Positions 56,906 through 64,000 of a stretch of 64,000 nucleotides of DNA are shown in pieces. Both the position numbers and the translations under genes were made by a program. Position 1 is the stretch's first letter. The number at the start of each line of letters is the position of its first letter. The notes below the pieces were generated by a model. That model worked only from the letters and a program-made list of their open reading frames with translations, did not search any database and was not told the origin of the DNA. Source of the stretch: an uncultured Bacilli bacterium. GTDB lineage: Bacteria > Bacillota_I > Bacilli_A > RF39 > UBA660. The stretch is taken from positions 7,315 to 71,314 of the forward strand of contig CAKPHU010000007.1 in the NCBI GenBank assembly GCA_934162125.1, written 5' to 3'.

Positions 56906-57448
56906 TTAATTTGTTATTCCCATTGTTCCGCCTAATGCGTTACATTGTTCTTCATCTTTAACATTTTCATAGGTTCCATCTTTTAACATACAGATGGCAT
57001 AACCTAATTCATTGTCTGGATCATTATTAGCTTTTTCGATATATTCGTCTTCTGTTTTTATTGATTCAACGATTCCATCAAAAGTTGTGCTCATTAATAA
57101 GTTTTCTCCCTCAAAATTTAATACTGTGGCAGAGTCAACTTTGATACTTACTTTTGGTGGTACTTCATTTAAATCATAGAAGCCAATTCGATAATTTCTT
57201 GTGTTATCAATACTATTAGCGAATCTTCTTAAGAAGCTCTCTACGAACTTTTCTTTGTCCATTCGTAGAGAACCATTATCACGATAATATTTGACATCGA
57301 TTGCATCTTCCATTGCGGCTTTTGCTGTCTCTTTTACTAAGTAGTAGTCTAATTCACTACCTGTTGAATAATTGGAAATAATATTTATTAATAATAAGCC
57401 AATGATTGCTAGTAAGATAATTCCTACTGTTAACATACCCTTATTCAC
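56906..57448 (-). CDS. 180-aa pseudopilin-like anchored protein, cassette B copy
   Basis: GTG at 57448 aligns with the ATG of copy A (alternatives are 57457 and 57436). The protein is identical to copy A except for the last residues (GITN versus GIAG). Confidence 0.5.
   Translation of the reverse strand: MNKGMLTVGIILLAIIGLLLINIISNYSTGSELDYYLVKETAKAAMEDAIDVKYYRDNGSLRMDKEKFVESFLRRFANSIDNTRNYRIGFYDLNEVPPKVSIKVDSATVLNFEGENLLMSTTFDGIVESIKTEDEYIEKANNDPDNELGYAICMLKDGTYENVKDEEQCNALGGTMGITN
56919..57447 (-). repeat. 529-bp near-identical direct repeat, copy B
   Basis: See 50695..51223. Confidence 0.9.
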
Positions 57449-60400
57449 CAGTATCACTTCCTGTCTTATTATTGTTGTAATAAATCTTATCTAATTCTTC
57501 ACACTTACTACCGTAACCGTCATTGTTACAACCAATGTTACCACGAGTGATTGCAAACTCAGTTATTAATGGACTCTTGTAGACTGAAACACCATTTACA
57601 ACAGTAAAGTTATTACTAAATGTTGTATAGTCTTCATATCCTTGAGCTACTGCTTTATTCTTAGTATTTCTAATCTTACTAATTGTTTCTTTGTCTAAAA
57701 CAAATTCATAATCTAGGTATTGTTCTTTATCTTCATAAATTGTACCTTTACGAGATTGAATAGCAGTTACTGTAGCAGCTGGAGTAATACGATATGCTGA
57801 ATTCTTAAGATTTGTTGCAGCACCTGTCCAGTTAAAGCCTGGATCTCTACCTGTTGTAGTACTTTCTTTATTTCCTTTACCATCTGTTGATGGGAAGACA
57901 TCTTCTAGTTCTACAGTTCTTAGACGATATAATAAATCGTTGTTGCCACTGTTACCTCCGCCGTTGCCTCCACCGCCATTTTCTTTGTCTCTAGATTTAT
58001 CATAAATGGCATAGAAACAATTTATATCAAAGTTCCAACCGAAGTAACCGAAGTTTCTTGTTGTAGCATTGATATTGTAATCAAATGTTTTAACTAATTG
58101 GTCTGCTGGTACTGCAGCTTCAGATAATTTTTGTTGCCACCATTCTTTATTAGCAAAGACACTATTTAAGTTAGTACAGAATTTATTTTTCTTTTCATGC
58201 CATGCAGAATCAGTTTTCTTTTCATAACTTATTTGACCAGTTTTATTATTAATCCATGTACCTGGGAATGACCATTCTGTTAAATATCTTTGACTGTCAT
58301 CTGATTTTTTATCACTGTTGTAGCAGAAGTCATTTTCTAGAATTATATTGTCACTATCTGTTTTAGTTGCGAAACCACTACCTGGTGTTAAACTTGCTTT
58401 GTCATAATTAATAAAGTTGTCACCATCTGATTTTTCTAACTTATTATTAACTTTTATAGTGAATGTTGCAGTATTTGTTGAACATGTTGCGGCTGTTTTA
58501 CAACTATTAGCAGCAGCCTCGTATGCTTCTACTTCTTTTTGATATACATCGATTGCATCAGCACTATTCATAAATTGTCTATTTGAAGCATTGCCTGGAC
58601 TCTTTGGATAGCCTCTATAGTAGTTGTTATTTCTAGCTCCATCACAACCATACCATGAACATGCCGCTGAACAATAACCATTTCCAGCATTATTTCTTAA
58701 AATACCAATACCTGTATCAATTAAACTTATACCACATTGGCGTTTACCACCAAGAAGGAAGTTTCCAGCATTACATCTATTAGCATTTTGAAGTCTTGTA
58801 ACAGCATACTCTGGGATAACTAATGGATAATATCTACCTATGATTTCCCAATATCTACCATTTCCAGAATTCCATTTAATAGAACCATTTGATGCTACTG
58901 AATAATATCCAGTACCAGCTTCAGCAATTGCTATTTGTAAATCTTCAACGCTATAAGTCTTACCTGGGCCAATATTATCAGGAGAAGTAGAAATGATAGT
59001 ATTATATCTATTTCTTAATTCTTCAGAAAGTTCATTAATATTTTTCTCATTATAAACAAATTGAGTTGTTTCTTTTATTTGCTTTACTAAAGCATTGTTT
59101 TCATAACTTAATGGTAGAGTTTCATCTTTTTCATAAACACTTTTGTAACATTTATTGATACAACTTTGAGTATATTCTCCACCATCACAAGAAGTTATGC
59201 ATGAATCAAATTCTTCATTTGGTCCTGATGCTGAGTGATATGTACCACCGTTACATGAACCAGTTGGAGTACAAATTTGATAATCTTCTGGTTTTGGTTC
59301 TGGAACAGTGAAAGCTGTTTTACATTCAACTTCACTCTTTACTTTTACTTTATATTCAAAGCATAGCCCACCACGTGTTGCGGCAGGAGGACCGTATGTT
59401 ACAGTTATAGTTTCTTGACATTGCTTTTTACATTGTCCATCGATAGTATTTGATCCTGTACTTGTATAAACATTTAACTGTTGAGTAGTTGTTTCCGTTT
59501 TATAGTATTTTAATGTTGTATCTAGGGTGTTAGGGAAATAGGCACCATTAACAGTTTGATAAGCTGGACATTGTAGAGAATTATTACCAGTAAAGTCTGT
59601 TGAACTTACTAATGTTGCATCTGTTGGAGGTGTTAATGTTTCATTTATATCATTAAAACGACTACTTATTTTTACTGCTGTAATTTTATTTTTAACTATT
59701 TTAGCTATTTCTTTTTCTGTGTAGTTATAAGGAACACTTTGGTTGTAGCAATAAGAAAATCTCTTATTTGTGTCATTATTTATAGTTGGCCAGTATGTTT
59801 GAAAATCTTCTCTTGAAACATATTTAGAAAGAATACTAGCATAAGCATCATAATTAGAGTTTCTTAGAGCCGCACAGATTTTATTATAATTAATATTATT
59901 TATTTGTGATTCATTGGTAGCAGGGATACCTAAATAGTAGTAATAGATATATCCTTTTCCATCACTTGTTGTCCATGTTCCATCTCTATTTTGAATTGGT
60001 TTACTGTTTTCAGTTACTTCACAAAGATCATCAGTTTCTCTTAGAACAAAGACAATAGCTAGATCTTGTGGCGTACTTCTTTGAGAATAGCTTACTCCAT
60101 GAGATTTAGAATTTGATCCTCCTAAAGTAAATTGTTGAACTGGGTTTTCTTCATGATAGATACCATCAATTACTCTGTAGACATATACATCAAATACGCC
60201 ACTTCTAATTGAAGCCCTTACTGCTCCATCTGCTCCAGTTGATGGGAAGTGGCTTTCTATTGATACACTTGGCTTATATCTATCAGTAGCCTTCGTATAA
60301 TTAGTTCCTCTTTGATTATTGCTGCTTAAGCAACTCTTATAGGTAACTGGTTTTTTTTCTTCTAATGGCTTAGCATTTACTTTGATAATATTGGTATTAA

Positions 60401-60461
60401 GGACAACAATACCAGATAGTATGAACGAAATGCTAAGTAAAATTTTAAGCTGTTTTTTCAT
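57441..60461 (-). CDS. 1006-aa secreted Cys-rich protein, cassette B
   Basis: Signal peptide. 27 Cys by my count, mostly at positions aligned with the 968-aa paralogue. Shared blocks include TYGPPxATRxGLCFEYKVKVKSEV, YTQSCINxCY and DLLYRLRTVELEDVFPST. A Gly/Asn insertion GGGGNGGGNSGNN. Confidence 0.6.
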   Translation of the reverse strand: MKKQLKILLSISFILSGIVVLNTNIIKVNAKPLEEKKPVTYKSCLSSNNQRGTNYTKATDRYKPSVSIESHFPSTGADGAVRASIRSGVFDVYVYRVIDGIYHEENPVQQFTLGGSNSKSHGVSYSQRSTPQDLAIVFVLRETDDLCEVTENSKPIQNRDGTWTTSDGKGYIYYYYLGIPATNESQINNINYNKICAALRNSNYDAYASILSKYVSREDFQTYWPTINNDTNKRFSYCYNQSVPYNYTEKEIAKIVKNKITAVKISSRFNDINETLTPPTDATLVSSTDFTGNNSLQCPAYQTVNGAYFPNTLDTTLKYYKTETTTQQLNVYTSTGSNTIDGQCKKQCQETITVTYGPPAATRGGLCFEYKVKVKSEVECKTAFTVPEPKPEDYQICTPTGSCNGGTYHSASGPNEEFDSCITSCDGGEYTQSCINKCYKSVYEKDETLPLSYENNALVKQIKETTQFVYNEKNINELSEELRNRYNTIISTSPDNIGPGKTYSVEDLQIAIAEAGTGYYSVASNGSIKWNSGNGRYWEIIGRYYPLVIPEYAVTRLQNANRCNAGNFLLGGKRQCGISLIDTGIGILRNNAGNGYCSAACSWYGCDGARNNNYYRGYPKSPGNASNRQFMNSADAIDVYQKEVEAYEAAANSCKTAATCSTNTATFTIKVNNKLEKSDGDNFINYDKASLTPGSGFATKTDSDNIILENDFCYNSDKKSDDSQRYLTEWSFPGTWINNKTGQISYEKKTDSAWHEKKNKFCTNLNSVFANKEWWQQKLSEAAVPADQLVKTFDYNINATTRNFGYFGWNFDINCFYAIYDKSRDKENGGGGNGGGNSGNNDLLYRLRTVELEDVFPSTDGKGNKESTTTGRDPGFNWTGAATNLKNSAYRITPAATVTAIQSRKGTIYEDKEQYLDYEFVLDKETISKIRNTKNKAVAQGYEDYTTFSNNFTVVNGVSVYKSPLITEFAITRGNIGCNNDGYGSKCEELDKIYYNNNKTGSDTGE

Positions 60462-61245
60462 TTGATTTTCCTCCTTTCAAAATCTCTTCTATTTCTTGAT
60501 AATTACTTTTTGTTGAGACTTTTGATAATATAGCTTTTTCATCTTTTTCAAGAAGTTTTCCATCTATTTTAAATCTTGTTGACTTAAGTCCTCCAAAAAA
60601 TCTAGTACAGGTTATTAAAGTGATTATTTTATCATTTTCATCTACATCTATGTCATATTTGAAGTAGCTGTCATCTAATGATTTTTTTAAATAATCTTTA
60701 AGTTCTTTCTCATCCAAATAACCACTTTGTATTAGATCATAATCATCTATAAGACTTACTGAAAAGATTTGAAAAAGGTAGTCAACACCATCTCTAGTGT
60801 ATTGAATGAATTGATTGTCTTTGGCAAAGTCATAGTAGATAAAAGACATCAATTGTTCAAAACGAGAATGGGTACTATCGGTAATTAGTGGCGTTGAAGA
60901 AATATTCTTAAAGTTATGACCGTATATAACGGTTCTTTTTGTGAGTTCTTCAGGATTTTCTTCTTTCCAAGTAAAGTCATCAATCATATTATTGATACTT
61001 ACATCATCAGTGGAAATGATGACCGGATAATCAATATTAGTTCCTTGAACTTTTAACCAGCCATCGACAATGTAGTCAGTATTTTTTTCTTTGTAGGCAG
61101 TAACTTCAGACTTTCTGGACTCTATTTTATAACTTTTAGTATTTAATGGTTTTGATATGCAAAGAAAAGTTACAACTAGTAGTACTATAACTATCGCACT
61201 GATTGTCGCGATAGGATACTTTTCTTTGGACTTCTTTTTACTCAT
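60445..61245 (-). CDS. class B sortase-like transpeptidase, cassette B
   Basis: GWLKVQGTNIDYPV, VIYGHN, IITLITCT and a downstream Arg (STRFKIDGKL). Confidence 0.75.
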   Translation of the reverse strand: MSKKKSKEKYPIATISAIVIVLLVVTFLCISKPLNTKSYKIESRKSEVTAYKEKNTDYIVDGWLKVQGTNIDYPVIISTDDVSINNMIDDFTWKEENPEELTKRTVIYGHNFKNISSTPLITDSTHSRFEQLMSFIYYDFAKDNQFIQYTRDGVDYLFQIFSVSLIDDYDLIQSGYLDEKELKDYLKKSLDDSYFKYDIDVDENDKIITLITCTRFFGGLKSTRFKIDGKLLEKDEKAILSKVSTKSNYQEIEEILKGGKSNEKTA

Positions 61246-61260
61246 ATTACTCCCCCTACT

Positions 61261-63063
61261 TTATTTTGATATTTTATATGGATCTTCTTTGGTACCACTA
61301 CCTGATACTATTTTTACACTTTTATCAAAATAAGCTGTTGGTCTAATATAAGTTTCATAATCATTTGATAATTCATCGTCATACATAACGATACCAATAT
61401 TTGAATAAACATATTTGCGGAATTCTGTTTTTGATGAGTTTATTAACCAGTAACCCATACCACTATTTACTTGAGGAGCACTAAACATTTCATACATATC
61501 TGGAGCAGCAAACTTAACTTTGTATTTTTTAGTTTCTACTTCACCTTTGTATGATGCAGCATCTTTATAAATTGGTACAGATATTTCTCTGGTAACGAAG
61601 TATTCTTCATTTGTAGCTTCACCAGCTCTTCTGTTTATGATATAGCCAATGTTACCTTTTTGATTTGGATTGTAAATCTTTATCTCATCTTCTGTTTCAT
61701 ATTTAATTAAACTATTATCAATTAATTCAAATGGTTTTTCAGCAATTACTTTTGTATAACCATCTTTTGTAGATTCTATTATTCGCCATAGACTACCTGA
61801 ATAAGTTATATATTCACCAGAATATCTAGTGCTTATATATGCATTTGCTTTACCTGTATCAATATCTCCTAATAAGTAAGGAACTTCTTCAGTACCTTGA
61901 CCACCAATAATTAAACTATCTCCTTTGATTGTTAGAACTGGTCTGATGGCAAAGTTATAATCTTTAGAGAAACCATAGAACTGAGTACTACTTTCAAGTG
62001 GAACGAAACCATACTTAGTTGACCAGGCATTTTCGTCAGATACAGTTATTGATGTCCAGTTAATAGTTTCAGAGAATAAGTAACTGTCACTACTAGAATC
62101 TCTACTTTCATTTAATTCTTTATTTGATAATAAGTAAACTTTTTTCTTTTTTGTTTTAGCAGCACATTCAGTAGTATTGTTGATATTGTCAGCTGGAACA
62201 GTACCAGTACAATAAGTATTCTCAACTATAAATTCTTTAGAACTGTCAGCTAAATGATCATAGAAATAATCTAACCATGATTCGATTCCCTTATAGTTAA
62301 CACTCGCAATATCATTTTCAGAAACAATTTTTACATTGTTGCCATCTAGACTAACTATTCTAAATAGCATACCGGAGAATGAAATGTAATTATTTAGAAC
62401 TATTCCTTTATATATTCCATTTTCTGTTGATTCATCTTTAACAGTTTTGTTTAGTTTTTGAACAACTTTAACTACTCTTTTAACAGTAGTTTTATTTTTA
62501 AAACTATCAGTTGCGGTATAAGTTACGGTATAAGTACCTACTTGTGAAGTATCAACTTTAGAACTATCAATAATAACATTTTTAATATCCATAGTTCCAT
62601 CAGTATTATCAGTTACTGATTTAACACCTGGTTCTTCATATTTGTCATTACGATTAATAGTTATTTCTTCTTTACCATTTAAAACTATTTTAGGTCCTTC
62701 ATGGTCAACACTTGACTTTATAATTCCACAATCTAGATAAGTATAATATTTATATTCTCCATCTACTTGTTTTACTTTAACCCAACTGTTAGTTATAGAA
62801 CATGGTTCAGTACTATGTGGTAGGTAAAAATCATCTTTTATATAATTTTCTTTGTACAAATCTTTTAGAGTAACGGTTGCCATTCTAGTACCAGTTGGCA
62901 TCTTAGTAGGATTTAGTTCATAATATCTTTTGGCAGCATTCAACATAGTATTTTCATTCTTTTTAAATTTGACATATGGTGCTAAAAAGATAAACCAGAC
63001 AGCTGCTAGTACTAAAACAACTATTACTAAAGTAATAATTAACTTCTTAACATTCTTCTTCAT
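61261..63063 (-). CDS. 600-aa membrane-anchored surface protein (Ig-like domain plus two repeat modules), cassette B
   Basis: The start is set at MKKNVKK (63063), after GAGAGGGA. Same architecture as 54920..56722. GTYTVTYTATDSFKNKT is conserved. Modules end IIGGQGTEEVPYLLG and IVSGSGTKEDPYKISK. Confidence 0.6.
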   Translation of the reverse strand: MKKNVKKLIITLVIVVLVLAAVWFIFLAPYVKFKKNENTMLNAAKRYYELNPTKMPTGTRMATVTLKDLYKENYIKDDFYLPHSTEPCSITNSWVKVKQVDGEYKYYTYLDCGIIKSSVDHEGPKIVLNGKEEITINRNDKYEEPGVKSVTDNTDGTMDIKNVIIDSSKVDTSQVGTYTVTYTATDSFKNKTTVKRVVKVVQKLNKTVKDESTENGIYKGIVLNNYISFSGMLFRIVSLDGNNVKIVSENDIASVNYKGIESWLDYFYDHLADSSKEFIVENTYCTGTVPADNINNTTECAAKTKKKKVYLLSNKELNESRDSSSDSYLFSETINWTSITVSDENAWSTKYGFVPLESSTQFYGFSKDYNFAIRPVLTIKGDSLIIGGQGTEEVPYLLGDIDTGKANAYISTRYSGEYITYSGSLWRIIESTKDGYTKVIAEKPFELIDNSLIKYETEDEIKIYNPNQKGNIGYIINRRAGEATNEEYFVTREISVPIYKDAASYKGEVETKKYKVKFAAPDMYEMFSAPQVNSGMGYWLINSSKTEFRKYVYSNIGIVMYDDELSNDYETYIRPTAYFDKSVKIVSGSGTKEDPYKISK

Positions 63064-63101
63064 AATTCCCTCTCTATTTCTCACTTTATCTTATATATAT
63101 A

Positions 63102-63129
63102 ATTTTAATATATTTAAAAAAAATGTCAA
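63102..63129 (-). promoter_or_regulatory. candidate sigma-A promoter of cassette B
   Basis: Minus strand TTGACA-16 nt-TAAAAT, the same architecture as the cassette A promoter. Confidence 0.4.
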
Positions 63130-63136
63130 TCTTTAG

Positions 63137-63168
63137 ATAAAAAAGATATAGTCTAAAAACCATATCTT
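63137..63168 (-). terminator. weak candidate terminator after the 63181 gene
   Basis: Minus strand AAGATAT-loop-ATATCTT then TTTTATC. The stem is AT-rich and only 7 bp. Confidence 0.3.
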
Positions 63169-63180
63169 AATTCTTAATAA

Positions 63181-64000
63181 TTATTCAGTTGATTCTTTAA
63201 CAGGTTCTTTAATGTTAAATGTGTATTTGTTATTACGATAAGTAAATTCTAACTTTAGAGTTTCTGATTTCTCTAGAGCTTCAGGCACTCTAATGTAGAT
63301 ATATTTACCATAGTAATTAAGAGTATCTAGGCCATTTACAATAGATAAATATTTCAACTCATTATTTTCATCACTGTAGACCAATCTAGCATTTTCAGAT
63401 AATAAATTCATCATACCTGCTCCATCATATTCATTAGCAGAGAAAGACATTTTTAAGATGCTGTAGCCATCTTTAGCAGTGTATTCTTCTTCACCACTGT
63501 AACAAATTTGACTATTACAATTCTTTTTAACATAGGTTGCAGTTTTAGAAATCTCATAATCATCAAAGGAAATGTCATTTTCTTCACCATTAATAATTAC
63601 CTGGCCAACATCACCTAAAGCGATAGGATCATTTTCTTTAATGTCAGACACATCATTTAACTTTATTTTTATCTTACGAAGATGATTAGTATGTTCACTA
63701 GTGAACTCTTGATAATACAAAACAAATTTATTTTTAGCTTCTTCTGGAGCAACTTTGTAGACCATAATTAGATTAAATTCCTCATTAGGTTCAATAGTTC
63801 TTGTGACATAACTTTTACCAAAATCTTTAAATTGATTGGCATAAGTTTGAAGAGATGGTGAATAATTTGATTTACCATTCATAAGATGAAATCTATTAAA
63901 GTTAATCTCTCTTTTTTGAACATTGTTTTTAATAGTTATATTTAAAACAACAAAACTACTTTTTGGAGAAATGACATCGCCTTTATAATCTTTATTAGTG
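63181..64000 (-). CDS. extracellular beta-sandwich-like protein (DUF4352-like), N-terminus beyond the window
   Basis: The listed ORF starts at 63882, but the frame stays open to position 64000 (my translation: ..TNKDYKGDVISPKSSFVVLNITIKNNVQKREINFNRFHLMNGKS..). The pattern resembles DUF4352-type domains. Confidence 0.4.
   Translation of the reverse strand, partial: TNKDYKGDVISPKSSFVVLNITIKNNVQKREINFNRFHLMNGKSNYSPSLQTYANQFKDFGKSYVTRTIEPNEEFNLIMVYKVAPEEAKNKFVLYYQEFTSEHTNHLRKIKIKLNDVSDIKENDPIALGDVGQVIINGEENDISFDDYEISKTATYVKKNCNSQICYSGEEEYTAKDGYSILKMSFSANEYDGAGMMNLLSENARLVYSDENNELKYLSIVNGLDTLNYYGKYIYIRVPEALEKSETLKLEFTYRNNKYTFNIKEPVKESTE

Overview
AT-rich, low-GC Firmicute-type chromosome. Gene content suggests an endospore former: sigG, ylmC, yunB-like, spoVID/ysxE-like and spoIVFA-like genes. 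Standard genetic code; TGA acts as a stop. Positions 1-32.4 kb are ordinary core genes: mreC/mreD, radC, valS and trpS (each behind a promoter plus T-box leader), dCMP deaminase, cyclophilin, a DacB-like carboxypeptidase, a 12-tRNA array in two promoter-led blocks, sigG, trmL, U32 peptidase, lon, tig and rmuC. From a terminator at 32418..32448 to the right edge (more than 31.6 kb), every gene lies on the minus strand and forms an accessory array. The array combines three parts. (i) A Gram-positive type IV secretion core: VirD4 coupling protein, split VirB4, PrgI/VirB3-like, VirB6-like, two pilin-like hairpin proteins and a two-domain wall hydrolase. (ii) A Tad/type IVc-like pilus engine: CpaB, CpaF/TadA, TadB, TadC, an unlisted 55-aa Flp-like ORF with its own promoter, and a TadZ-like protein. 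(iii) A tandemly duplicated four-gene cassette: a 600-aa anchored Ig/repeat protein, a class B sortase, a ~1000-aa Cys-rich secreted protein and a 180-aa pseudopilin-like protein. The last gene of the two cassettes is 528/529 nt identical, while the rest has diverged. No relaxase, integrase, prepilin peptidase or sortase sorting signal is visible in the window. All homology calls come from reading motifs by eye; no searches were run.
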